DNA of 64,000 nucleotides from Raillietiella orientalis. Its lineage: Eukaryota. Positions 22,190 through 35,100 of this stretch are shown here, one piece after another. Each line of letters begins with the position of its first letter. The stretch's first letter is position 1. The stretch lies in NCBI GenBank assembly GCA_036172245.1, contig JAYWIR010000050.1, positions 496,001 through 560,000 of the forward strand, given 5' to 3'. Both the position numbers and the translations under genes were made by a program. Under the pieces are notes generated by a model, which did not search any database, had not been told where the DNA came from, and worked only from the letters and a program-made list of their open reading frames with translations.

Positions 22190-23464
22190 CGAGGCAGGTA
22201 CGCTGTCCAGCCCCTGCGGGAGATCGTTTCCAACCCACGGAAACTTCTGTGGGCTTCCTTCACCCCCCTTGCCCCCGTGCTGCCCTCCCTCAGGAAGGTC
22301 ATGGACAGCCAACAGGAGGCATCGTGGGAAGTGTCCTGCCTCATCGGAGGCTGGAAAAAACTGATGAAGGCGTGGACGTCCCGGGAGCTAGTGGACGCTG
22401 GTACCCCGACTGTCCCGCCGAATGGATTTGTACGCCCAAACAGGAACTACGGTTCGTTTTTGGGTGCTACAGAAGTTGCACGCTCCGAGAGATCCTGGAG
22501 GATCCGAAGAAGGAAGAAGCGGGCGTGGTCAGGAAGAACCCCCCTCGCTGCTGCGCTGACCTCCCTAGTGAAAGATCAGGGCAGCGATGGTGCGGCGAAG
22601 TGGGAGGTTACATTAACTATCTCCGGGAAGGAGAAGAAGCAGGGAGAGTGGAAGACGGGCCAGTTAACAGACGCTGCCACCCCGAGTACGCCTCCCAATG
22701 GACTTCTGCGCTGGGGAGTGCTGCTCGATGTTCCTATTGAACATCTGAAGTGGCCCCCGGTGCTCATGAACACTTCCACCCTCCCTTTAAAATGGCAGGA
22801 GTCGGCTCTACTGTTGCAGCATTGGGGACTCCCCTGCAAGGCCCGCCGACATCATTGGACCTGGGGAGCGGTGGATCCCAATTGTGTTAGGTGTGGGGAA
22901 CGGGACTCCCTCCCCCATCTGCTTGTGGATTGTGTTGCCCTTCGGCCCCTTTGGTTCCGCTTTGCCGCGGCCATCGGAATCCCCTGCGGCAACCCCAGGG
23001 ACGTTCTGAAAGCCCTCTTCGTTGCCGACGCCCTTCGGCCAGCGGCCTCGTTAGCAGCCCTGTGCTGCCTACGCGGGATCGTCGCCGCCTGGAGCAAGGC
23101 TACGGGAGGACCACACGACCAGGGTGCCATCCAGCCAGCCTCCCAGTTCCTGAGGAGGGCGTCGCGATGGCCCCACCTGGATCCAAGCATGCAGCAAGAG
23201 CTTGCCGGCATCCTGCAAAGGATGCAACGGCCCCACCAGCAACTGTGATCCCTTCCCGTACCCTCCCACTCTTTTTTTCTTTTTGTTTAGTTTTTTGTTT
23301 TTCCCCCTTCCCCTGCTGCCTTGGTGTACCGTACCGGTCTGCGAACCGGTGACCTGGCAGGCTCCGTGGTTCTTCGTGCTTGGCTGCAGCATTACTGCAG
23401 CCACTGACATTTTTATTGTTAAGTTTATTTTTGAATAAACGACCCGGAGAAATCCGGGTGAAAA
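22190..23464 (+). mobile_element. Best-preserved Tx1/L1-like 3' fragment: ORF2 C-terminal zinc finger plus complete 3'UTR
   Basis: Open frame to 23248 containing CVRCGERDSLPHLLVDC..W (CxxC-x7-H-x4-C, zf-RVT-like); T-rich UTR; terminal hairpin 23434-23464. Confidence 0.8.
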
Positions 23465-24545
23465 TCTTTATCTGCATGTTTTCCGCTGGCTGGGTCGCGC
23501 GGGGCTTATTCTCAGGAGGGCGGAGCGGCCGCTTGCCCTTCTGCGCGGGTTTTCGGGGTTCTTTGCCCGCTGAAACGTCCGCGCGATCTTTCGTGGGCGT
23601 ACCACGTTTTGAGTTGGCGGCGTTCACACCGGAGTATTCTCTCCCGACGACTGGGCCGGAGTATTCGGCGTGGACGGCGTAGATTCGGGGCGATTTCGGA
23701 CTCGTCGCTTCCGCATCAGCTCGGAGCACTCATTAATTGAGTGACCGAGAATTTTGCAGTAGCGGCAACTGCGGATGGGGCACTTCCGCGGACGGTGGCT
23801 CTTCTTGCCGCAGTTGCCGCAAGCCGGTTTCATCCCGGGAAGCCTTGAAAACACGACCGCGTCGCCAAGCTGGAGCTGCGAAGGCAACAGCCTCCGGTTT
23901 TCCATGGTGACCGCGCCGTGGCGAGTCCGCAAGGGAGGCACGGAACCTTTTTTTACGGGGTTCGCGCGCCTCCACAACGCGTGCACGGTGGTGAATGCTT
24001 CCAGTGCGCAACTCAAATCGCAGTCGGAGATTCCCGGACGAATGGCCGAGAGTTGGACCACGAACGAAAGCTCCCCGGCCTAGGGACGTTCGGAGCAGGC
24101 GCTGGACGAAAGCTGCATCCTTGCAGTGCACCTCCCAATGCCCTAGCGCGCTCACAGGCATTTACGCCGGCAGGTCGTCCTCGCGGACCCCGACGCGTTC
24201 CAGCTCGTTCCAGAGCTGGTCACCCATCCCGTCAGAGTACAAGGCCTTTGTAGGAGAGTGCAGGCTTGTAGCCTTGGGCTACTTATGTCCGGAGCTCTGC
24301 CTCGTCCGGGGGCGCTCCGTTAGCCGCCGCTGCCTTAGCAACGGTGGCAAAACTTCTCTCCAAAGAGGGAAGAACAGTGGAGGCTCCATTCTCCGAAGAG
24401 GGACCTGCAGTTCAGGGTGCTTCCTCCACCTCCATACTGGTGGTCATTCCCTTCATTTTCACTGAGAAAACGTTGCACAACGCACAAAAGCAGCCGGAAG
24501 AAAATTCTCAAGACGGAGCGCAAGAATGCACGTTCGAACAGTAAG
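23465..24545 (-). mobile_element. 5' part/ORF1 (gag-like) of a Tx1-like element, disrupted
   Basis: Two tandem CX2CX4HX4C knuckles (CGNCGKKSHRPRKC, CRYCKILGHSINEC) preceded by an RRM-like region, with a stop and frameshift. Confidence 0.75.
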
Positions 24546-24555
24546 AGGGGGGTGG

Positions 24556-24950
24556 CTGCTTTTCACCCGGGTGTGCCGGGACATTTATTGCTAAACTATC
24601 TGGGAACCATGCTACCAGACAAAATGTACAGAAGAACGAAAGAAAGGAACCTCGTCACGCAGGTCGGTAAAACCGAAAGTCCGGAACGAGAGGGAGGGAT
24701 TCACTAATAAATATATGGAAAAATATGGATAAAAACATGGTAGGGACTGGGGACAGCGATCTTTGGCTTCGTCCGTTCCATCCTCTCAGAACCGGCGTTG
24801 GATGCCGGAGATCTCCTTCCCAAAAGACTTGTGCACTTCTCGTCGCGGAGGAGGACTTGGGCTCTCGACGTTGGAGCGCATGGAAGTGCAAGACTGACCT
24901 TCGTGACACAGAAGTAGGCCACCCATTGGTACGCCCCTGCATGTTTGCTC
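24556..24950 (-). mobile_element. Non-LTR 3' end, second subfamily (..GIQRRF*)
   Basis: KEISGIQRRF stop, UTR motif GGACTTTCGG..ACCGACC and terminal hairpin 24560-24589; homologous to 53970-54340 and 61470-61740. Confidence 0.7.
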
Positions 24951-25049
24951 TCCCGGCTGGCGGTCAGTGGCGGACTCGCAACCCTGTTTGCGTGTCACCA
25001 CCGCCCGCTCCCATCTTGCGGCTTCCCTCTCCGGTATGTCGCTGCCCTG

Positions 25050-26150
25050 GTGAGAGCGAACACGTGGATTTGCTGCCGCCCTGCTAACACTCTGGCCTGG
25101 CAGCAAGAGAAAGTGAGAACGTGGGCCCAGCTCACCCGGGCCTCTCCAGAAGTTACCCGCTGCCGAGAGTTTCAGAAGAACAGCGGAAGAACACTGGAGG
25201 CGGTGGGTAGTGAGCTGACCAGGTGGGTCTACCCGCCCACCCCCTTTACCGCAGCTGTATTCTTTGCTGTCGGGGTACATGGCACCTGCCTACCGGAGAA
25301 TTGGGAGGTTTCCTGCGAGATCTCGGTCCGCAGGAAGCCTGGTGGCTGGACTCCGCTTCAGCTGGCTGACAGCGGCAACAGCAGGAAGTGTCTCCAAAGG
25401 ACTGGAACGTTGGGGTGAACTCTTCTCCATTCAGCCCGAAGAGTTGGAAGTATCCCCTTTATTTATGGACTGCTTCCCCTCAAGTGGCAGAAATTGGCGC
25501 TGCTGGTGCTGCACTGGGGTCTCACGTGCAATGCGCGCCGGCACCACTGGACGAGGGGAAGCGCATCGCCGAGCTGTGCCAGGTGTGGAGAGAAGGAGAC
25601 CTTACCCCACTTCATAGTGCAGTGCGTTGCCTCCGGCACTTGTGGGAACGTCTCTCTGTTTCCCTTCCACACCCCATGGACGATCTGAGACTCTTTGAGG
25701 CCCCTCTTTGTGCGGGACGCCATGACGCCCGCAGTGCTGTGCTTCGTGCGCGGTGTCGTCGCGGCGAAGTGTGGCGTCGAGAGAGTCCGGAGAGATGGGG
25801 GGTTGCCCTGCACGGCATCTGCTTCTTGAAGATAGGTTTGAGGTGGCCTCACCTGGAAAGGGAGGAGAAGGAGCTCGTCGGCATCCTTCAAGTGATTCAG
25901 AGGCCTCACCTATCACGAAATGTGATCCTTTCCCTTCCCCCCAACTAATTTTTGTTTTTTTTAGTTTTTATTGTTTGTTATAGTCTGTTTCTTTTTTTCC
26001 TAGTTTTGTTTTATTCGTCTTCTCCTTCGTGAACGTGATGGACCTCTCTGGTCTCCTAGTTTCAGTGCAATAATTGGAATCGGTGAGCCTTTTGGCTCCA
26101 TCGATCCCTCTAAGAGAAATAAACTTCCCGGTGCACCCGAATGTGAAATC
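25050..26150 (+). mobile_element. Tx1/L1-like ORF2 3' fragment with 3'UTR
   Basis: WEVSC, LHWGLTCNARRHHWTRG..CARCGEKETLPHFIVQC, RWPHLE..LVGIL; terminal motif 26118-26148. Confidence 0.75.
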
Positions 26151-26949
26151 ACGGCTCCTTCTGTAAGTCCTCTGTTCGTGAAGAAACGCCGCAGCAAGTC
26201 CGTTGCGGTGTCTGCCGGCTTGTGGAGTGCCAAAGACAGCCGCCTCCAAAGTTCCTCGAGGGCATTGCAGTCCATCAAGAGGTTGAGCGCACGTTGAGCA
26301 GTTTGGGATGCAGCTTCAGCGGAAACCAGGTACCTGAGTTAATTGCACCGGAATGCCCAGAACAAAAACAGCAGAACTTCCTGTTTCCATCGCAACGGTA
26401 GCATCGTAGTGTCTGTGCACACGGGTGGGACTACGACTCCGTGCTCCGAAAAAATGGAATGTGCGGGTTACTCCAGTAAAGGAGTCCTTTTGCTCGGGAA
26501 CGAGGAGTGGCGTCCTCCACCAAGTTGCTCGTCTTCCATCCCTCAAGGAGTTCCTTGACCCCTGCAATTTTGCAGAGCTCCCATTCCGCTGGTTGGCTGC
26601 TCTCATTGTTTTCCCTCAGGACAGACAGTGCGTCGGCTATCCGCGACCATTCTGCGGGATATCTCCTATGGGTTTGCAACCAGCTGCGCAACTTGTTAGG
26701 TGTTCGAGATGGTAGACAGCTTCGTCCATGTCTTCCTTGACGACGACCTGTGATCATAGTCGGCGAAGTCAGGATAGCATCAACATCGTTTGACCACTAG
26801 CGGATAGGACCGAAAACTTGCTCGCTCGGGTTTGCATTCGAAAGCGTGGTGTAACTCAGGGTCAGGCTAAGTCTCGCTCGAGCGATGTCCACGGGTTCCT
26901 GCGTGCTTTCACCTTGCAGACGCTCATGGAATGGGATCGTTGCAAGCGG

Positions 26950-29780
26950 TAACTCTGAGATCAATCTGCGGGCAGTTCCACATGGACTTTGTTCCCTCGG
27001 ATTCCGTCAAAGGTGTCCGAAACGGGAGGTCCTACCTCTGGACCCACCATTCCTGCAGGGAGCTCCACGTGCGAAGACTGCCAGAGTATCGGGCCAGAGC
27101 CGAGCGCCAAGTCTGGCAGTGCGAGTTGGTCAGCTTGCTGGACGACCAGGGTCATGAACCCTCGCATTTGGAGCAGCTTTTGTTTCACCCGGGTTTGCCA
27201 GGGTATTTACTATGAAAATAACAAGGGGTTTGAAGTTTTGCATCCTGCGCAAGTAAGACCCCTAGTGCGAGAACTCTATTCCTCTACTCAAGAGAGGGAT
27301 TTCTCTCAGTCATTGCTCCCGATAAACCCTTCGCACTGGAAAGGAGATGATACAGAGCGTCGACGAGCCCTTCACAATGGATGGGTTAATCACCGCCATT
27401 GGAAAGCTCAAGAGATGGAAGGCACCAGCGAAAGTTTGCCTGCCCGCGGAGCTTTTTCGATGCTTCGAGGCAGAGCTGACCCTACTAGTACAGAAGTTGG
27501 CGACGCTGATCTGCGAAACAGGCGATGTTCCCGCCTCGTTCCAGTGAGCAAGAGTACACCTTTTTCCTAAGGGAAAGGGACCTGAGTAAAATCATCACTG
27601 TGTTGAACACGGACGCCAAATTGCTGTCAAAACTGTGGGCTGAGTGAATGGGACGGGTGGAAGAATCCGCAATTAGCCTAGAGCGGACTTGTGCTGTTCC
27701 CGAACAAAGTATGGATGTCAACCTGCTCTTCGTCAGCGCATGGCTAGAGTTCCAGAAGAGAAGGAACCCAGTCGGCATCCCGAAATTCGGGTCACCCGTT
27801 AGTGAGGGGCGGGAAGGTCGTGCGCGAATATGAGTCCTTGCAGATGCAGCCCACCTGTGTGAGGCTTTCGACTGCGCCCACCAGGAGCAGCTTCTGGAGC
27901 TCCTGGGAAGCATGGGCTTCCCGACCAGTCTACAGGCCTACCAGAGTTCCAGCTTGCACGGCACGCCGATAGATAATTCTCTCAGTAGTCAAACGTGCAC
28001 AGTGTGCCGATGCGGTGCGGGATATGGCAAGGAGACAGCCTGAGCCACTCGCTCCTCAGCACCAACTTCTCGTTGGGCCTGAGGTCTACAGGTTCTAAGG
28101 ACATAGCTTACCTGCCACGCGCATGCCCCTGTTTTCCGGCCGTGTCTGCGTATGCAGACGGTTTTCTGCTACTGTTGACAATGCATACTCCGGCGGACGT
28201 CTTCGATGCTTTCTTAGAGTTGACCCCTCAGAAAACAGGCATGATAGTTGATAGGGTCAACAGGGATGTCCCACTGGTGCAGCACGGAGGTTCACATATC
28301 TGGATCAGAGCCTCTTAGGGATCCACAAGGTACTTGAAGTACCACGGCTCCCTGTTGGGGGACTCCTCCTATCGGAATTGTGGTCCAACCGTCTCCAGTA
28401 AGCATACTGTACTCTCGGATCGTTCCAAAAATGCAAGTTCCTCATTCCGGAACGGTGTGAGGAACATTTATGGCTTCCCTAATCCGTCCCTTGCTTTTCC
28501 ACGGTCCTGCACCCAGAGAGGCCAAAAAGCAAACCGAGGACCTACTACAGGAACCTATATTGGTCACAAGAAGGTTCCGTATGCTCTTGAAAGACTCAAC
28601 TGCCTTGCATCGGGGTGATTTAGTGGGACTCCTGACTAGGGAGCGAATGGAGCGACAGCGGTGATTGAAAAACTCCGAACCGCAGCACCCATTGGTGCGA
28701 TACCGCTCGCCTCCTCGTCAGCCGTGCAGTCGGAGGCAAAGGAATTAGGTTCTTCCCGATGTGCCAATTTCAAAAGGTGACCGATGGTGGGGTCCGGCAC
28801 GGACGGTTGGCACCACTGGCGAAGACCCCTGCATGTCCCGCAGCCTCGCAAGCTGTAGCAACTTGTTATAGGAGACAGTGTTTGCACGTGGGCGCAGATG
28901 AACGAGCCGATCTCTGAGAGATGGAGCCGCCTACGGCATTCGAACTGCGCTCGAAAGATACTGGAGAACCTCAGAGTGGACAAGTGAGCGGAGCGCCCCT
29001 TTCCCAGCGCTGTTCTCCCAAAGGAAAAAGAATAGCAGCACCCTACTGGTTGCCGGGTGGGGAGTCTCCTGTCGAATGGCGTGCAGGAAAAAACCTCCTG
29101 GATCCCGAGCAATTGGGATCACTGACACCGCTGCGACCCCAAGTGCCCTACCACGTGGACCTCTCCGTTAGGTCCAGTTCCTGGAGATTCTTTCTCAAGA
29201 TCTGCTGCAGTCAGCAGTGCTCCTCGACAATCGCACCCTCTCCCTCGAGTGTCAGGAGTCGGCACACTGAAACCTCCCATGAAACGCCTGCGGACATCAT
29301 CGGACCTGGAGGATAATGCGGACACGAACTGTGGGAGGTGCGGAGAAAGGGAAACTACCCCACGCCTGCGTGTGGATTGTGTTGCCCTCCGGCTTCTATG
29401 GGAACGTTGAACAGCGGACCTTCGGATCTCGGTAGGCAACCGTTTTGAAACGCTTCTTTGCGCGAGATGCCCTGTAGCTATCCGCACTTTTAGCAGCTAT
29501 TTGCCTCATTCATGGGAATGTGGCAGCCCAGATCGCCGAAAGGAAAGGTCAAAACAACAGATTGTCCCATCTCTCCATCTGCTTCCTGCGGATGGCAGGA
29601 AGATGGACGCACTTGGAAACTACGCACGAAGAGCTTGCTGGCATCCTGGATGGGACGAAGAGGACGCCCCATAACGGAGAGAGACACTTTTCCAAACCCC
29701 TCACCATGAATTTTTTACATTCATTTCCTCATTTTCATTTTCTTTCTTTTCTGTGTCCTCTCTCCCTTTTCTTCTGTTTC
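26950..29780 (+). mobile_element. Long decayed ORF2 (reverse transcriptase through C-terminus) of a Tx1/L1-like element
   Basis: Collinear RT motifs with stops and frameshifts: KAPAKVCLPAELF, ITVLNTDAKLLSK, AFDCAHQ..MGFP, GIWQGDSLS, AYADG, KYHG; then NCGRCGERE and RWTHLE..LAGIL. Confidence 0.8.
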
Positions 29781-30199
29781 CAAAGTGGACCCCTCCGTTC
29801 CGCACACCGGCATCTTTGAAAGTTACAAGTCCTTGTAGGCGTGGCAGAACCCCGAATCCTGCCCCTACGTTGTTGCGATCCATTGCAACTTTTTGTATGT
29901 TCCTTGTTTACGCAAACCCACGGTGCAGGAGGGCGAAAACCTCCCACGGGAGATTCCTCAGCTTCCATACTTCCAAGGGATTTCTCAACGGATTCGATAC
30001 TCGGATAGAGTCTACCTAACCCGGCCTGCAACTTTCCTTCCCTGTCACCGCTTACCTATCATCCAAATAAGGCGAATCGACATTCAGACGGTGATATTCA
30101 AGTAACCTCACGTAATCCGAGTGCCTTTGGGAAGACTCAAAAGAAAGTTCCATTAAGGTTTCAGCAGCAGCCCTTCTCCCATAGGAAGGAGGAGGAGGT

Positions 30200-30880
30200 A
30201 GGGCAGGAAACCGCTAAGATCTCGGTCTCCAATGGTCGAAGTTGGTGAAGGATGTTGGCGAAGGGGTGGCCTGGGATAGATACGATCGCTGACGCGGGAA
30301 GGGACTGGCAGGCAAGAAGCTGTTGTTGATGAGATGGGTATGCGCTCTCAAGGAGACAGGCGTGCCAGCTGGCGCGCAGCGTTTCAGGAGGGCGTCGCCA
30401 ATCAGGCAAGCGGACCCCGTGGTCATCCAGTTTCTGGTGTGACGATTCTTCCGAGGCCCGTGGATTCTTCTGTGCACATTCCACGAAAAGAGAAGGAAGC
30501 CACGGAGGGTCCTTTCCTTTCTGTCCAACACGTGGATGCCAAAGTGGGAGTTGGGAAGCAAACAACCGTTTCCCTGACGGAGGAGCAAGAGGAATGCAGA
30601 TAGGCAGGGTGTGCGTCTGGCGCGCGCTGAAGACCGTTTCCGGAGTACCTTCGAGCTCTGCTTGCCAGTCAGGACGTGCGCCAGTGGTGAGACTCCAGAG
30701 AAAGCGCCAAACACTTGCGGGTGCGTGGGCACATTTCGATGGGGGACTCCAAGAGGCAGAAGACGAGCTGGTGAATCTCCAGAGAGGAACCCGACGGCAT
30801 GCGGCGGATCGAGCGTGCTTCTGGTGCACTAAGCACTCCAGGGACAGTCTACCTACACGAAGAGCACTCGAGCCGCTGCA
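30200..30880 (+). mobile_element. Possible endonuclease-RT linker fragment of a non-LTR ORF2
   Basis: VWRALK..LQEAEDELVNL..RACFW resembles the L1/Tx1 linker; weak. Confidence 0.35.
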
Positions 30881-31151
30881 ATGAGTACACAAAGTTTTTT
30901 TTTTTTTTTTTTTACAGTCACCAGCACATGTACAGCCGTCAGCGGGAAGACAGGGAGAGCGAAACACAAGAGTTCCCTGCTTTCAGCACCTCAGGTTCCT
31001 GCTGAGACCATACAGAGGCAATCTGGCGACCTCAACGACCTCGTGCTCGGTACGTCTGCTGTGCCGGCCTACGACGACGATCTTCTGCTTGCGTTGTTCG
31101 CATCCACTCAGAGACATTGCTTGAGGGCTTTTCGAGTGGATCAGGCAAAGA

Positions 31152-32000
31152 ATTTTCACCCGGTCACACCAGGCCGTTTATTGTAAAAAGAAATCCCAAA
31201 GAACTATATTATTATATATGAAAATGTCTTCCTTCGCGGTGGCGGTTTGAAATCTCCTCCACGAAATGTAATGTCTCGGAGGCTCTGCTTTTTGTGAGCA
31301 GCCCTCCTGAACAAGAGAGTTGGGGGAAGGGGTGAACAAAAAGAAAAAACACACACGCATAAGTTTACCCTAAAAATGTGTTGGGACGGAAGGGATCGCA
31401 GATTTCTTCCTGGCACGCTCGGAATCTTCTGGAGGATGTGGGTAACTTCCTCCTTTTTTTTTTTTTTTTTCCTCCTTTAGTTGGCAGAGATTTGTCCATC
31501 TTGTCGTCTTCCTCATGAAGGAGCAGGTCAATTGGGATGAACTCGCGTCTAACTCAGAGTTCGACTGACCTCTTTCGGCGTGGCTTCTCGGCAGCACAAT
31601 CGCAAGGCAGCGCGGAGGTGCCCGCGACATCGAGTCGAGGCGAAGAAACGCCGCTCATCAGCAGTGAGAGTGCCGCATAGCAGCGTTCCCGGACACTCGC
31701 ACCAATCCAACAACAGGTACGCCATGGTTTCCCGTTCCCTGTACCCAGCGCATTCTGGAGCCGCACTCCCCCTCGTCCAAGGGTGGACTCGCGCGTTGTA
31801 TACGATAGTGCAACAACAGCAATGCAATAACTGCAAAACCAAGTCGGTGGGGAAGGAAGACGGACTTCAACAGCGCGTGGCTGCGCTCCATCACCTTTGT
31901 TGCGGCGTTCTGAGAACAATAGGACGAGATCCCTTTAGGAATCCCTAAGGAAGTGACACGAAGTACCTTGGCGATCAGCTCATCCGGGATTACTTCAAAA
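31152..32000 (-). mobile_element. Decayed non-LTR 3' fragment
   Basis: HPWTRGSAAPECAGYRERETMAYLLLDW and terminal hairpin 31153-31182. Confidence 0.65.
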
Positions 32001-32130
32001 CAGATCCCTCTGTGAGAACACCAATGCATCTCCTGCCTTCTCGCAAACAAGAACTCGTGACTCCTAGGTGGAGTAGCCACGGAAACGTGCGCAAGCGTCC
32101 ACGCATGCACGCGTCTCACGCAACGCCACA

Positions 32131-35100
32131 GCACCCCGCCCCTACAGGAGGAGGAACGCATCAAACAGCTTGCGGACGGGCACGGAACGAAGCCCCTTCG
32201 GCAGCCACCCCTGGCCTGCTACATCCACCACCTCGCTCGCTCTTCCTTCTCGACAGCTCCGTTCCTTCGCCCTTCCCCAGAGCGTGCACCTTGCCCCCAT
32301 GGTGCACACCGAGATCCTTCCAATATGCACCGCGTCCACTCCCGGCTTGATGATCCCGTGACGACGCCACACGCGACAACTTCGCTGCTTCCAAGTCGGA
32401 ACAGCTCCCGCCGTCTTTAATGCACGCCACAACTGCCTGTTGTGCCCTTTCAAGTCTGTCGAACGCGCTGCCCTACGCTTAGCGCCACAAAGATCACTAT
32501 TCCCAGACTCGTGATCTTCAGGAAAAAAGGCTTCCACCTCGAGGAAATCGCAGCAGGCCTGATGGCATCCGCTACTTCGAATTGGACGTCGTCCTCCCTG
32601 TCTTTCAGATCCTTGTAAAACAGACTCAGTTCCGACAGCAGGTCCCGGTTGTTCTGGATGGCAGCATCTGTCTGCTGCATGAGTGTCTTCATGTGAGCCA
32701 TCTCTTGGCCACGTTCCAAGATCTGCGGGTTTTGAGCCACCTGCACTCGCAAGTAGCTGATGGTAGTCATGATGAACTGGAGATGCCTGGCAATGTTCGC
32801 CATCATAGCAACAGCTTCAGGACAGCTGCCAACACCAGCCATATCCCCCACTCCACCAGCTGCCCACCACCTACCTGATCGAATCGCTCTGATGCAAATC
32901 TGACAGGCTCGATCTTTCCCACTCCTTCTTGTGCATGGTCTTGATCGTTTCCAGCAGCTGCTTTCTGTTCCCAACTTTAGCAACGCCCACCTTCTCCAAG
33001 TCCGCCTCTGTCAGCGTAAGGAACTGCTCCAGAGTGACTTGGTGATGGGCAAACTTGGGCATCAGCTCCTGCAGTCCCAGACCGCACAGCACCATATCCA
33101 TTTCCGAATACCTGAAGGCAAAACATGCATTGGCAGCAAGGCGTGCTGGAAAACTCTCACTTGCTCTGGCAACCATCTGCACCACCACACAAAGCCACCG
33201 TGGAAGATCCTGACAAACCTGCAATCACTGAGGCAAGCTGAGGCGCATCTTAGCAAACAAGCACAGCCACCTCCCCCTACCGTATCATGTCCTCCTTCCA
33301 TGGCAAGATCAGCAGCTTTCTGTCCCAATTTGCTAATCTTGTTCGGGTCTGCTCCCAGATCCAACAGCATGCGGCTGGCTTGTCCTTGCCCGAATTTTGC
33401 TGCCCAGCACAGAGCCTACCAACCAACTGTCCCATGCACACACTCCCTAGCATTACACACTCACCGTTAAGCCTTGGCTGTCGCAGCCATTCACGTCTGC
33501 TCCTTTGCTAACCAACTCATCAATCACTAAGCTGTAGCCTTGTTTAGCAGCCATCATGAGGGCAGTGACCAGAAACTGGTCTCGACAATTAGGATCAGCA
33601 CCTGCTTCCAGCAACCGAGAAACAATCAACACCAACGTTTCTTCCCTGCATCGGGAAGCAGCGCAGCAGGCCATCAAAGGCGTGAACCCATCTGCAAGAG
33701 AACTCCAAGTTCCTTTGGGTCCCACACAGAACAACTTCACGGATTACTTGCAGAAAAATTCACGTGCGCCCCTTTGGCCAGAAACTTGTCCACCAGCAGC
33801 GGCACGCCATTCCTGCATGCATACATCAGTCCAGACCACCCGTCCTTCAGCACCAAGTTGGCGCTACCCTCCTCTACATCAGATTCACAAAATGGTGCAA
33901 ATGCTGCGGCACAACTTCACCTGAATTCAAAATTCTCTCCACAGCATCCACATCGTTCGACAAAACTGCATTCTTGAGATCATCTGCAAGGTTGGCCTTC
34001 CCACAAGTGGCCCTCGGCTGCAATGCCTGCACTGATGCCTTGCATGGAACCGAATGGCATTCCCAGCTGCGTTCCTAAATTCAGTGCCACCGTTCACAAA
34101 GAAGCAACTCTTTCACGGAACGAGCAATTTGCATGGCAAAACACCTTTGTTCCCACACATGCCACCAACCAGAACAGCTTATACACAACAAAGGAGCCGA
34201 ATGGGCACATGCTTGCTTGGCAGGCCAGAAAGGCTGTGCTTCCCAACCAGGATGGGCAGAGAGACATTTCCACTGCCTGCAAACGGGGCTTACCATGCTG
34301 GATGAAAATGCCTGATGGTTTGGCTGCACTGCCAGCAGTGAGGAAGGAGAACAGTGCACAACGAGCCTTCAGCTTGGTCGCAGTTAGGAACTCCATCGCA
34401 TTTGCAGCGGCACATTCTCACGATCATGCAAAGCCCGTCACACAAACCTTGCAGAAATCAGGCAGCAAGCAGCTGGGGCATTCCAGAGGAAGTGAAACGC
34501 AAAAGTCACTCATTCCTAGCACACGTTTTCAACCGCACGCATTAAAATCACGCCCAACGTGCTCGCATCCAGCAAATCCCCTGAAATCCTTACTTCCATG
34601 AAACGTTTCAGCAAGGGCTCCTGCCTACGTTTGCGCGATGAAACCGAAGTCTCCATCACCATTCCATCGAACGAATCATCCGATTCATCCGTGTGGAAAT
34701 CCGACTCGTGCCGGATTCTCGACGGCATGATTTCTGCAACGGGAAGCCGCAAGGAATCGGCAGAATTCGATAGGGACCTGGGAAGACCACTTTTGCGTTA
34801 CTGCTTGCTTCAGAGCAGGGAAGGCGGCCAGCCGTCGTGACCTGCCTGCACTTGCGCACGCTGCTTGCGGCAAGCCGCCGCCTGCGGGCTGAACACACAC
34901 ACCAAGCACTCACCACGTGCACGTGCACGAACGGAAGAACACTGGAAGTGCACTTTTCCGACGGGAGGCAAGGGGGGAACGGCGGGAGGGGGAATCTCGC
35001 CAGCGGCTGCCGCTCGGCTCCAAGTGCTCGCCCGACCGACCGCGCCGTCGCGCCGCTCGCCTTGCGCACGCGCCCGCTCGGCGCTCGTTGCCGAGCAACG

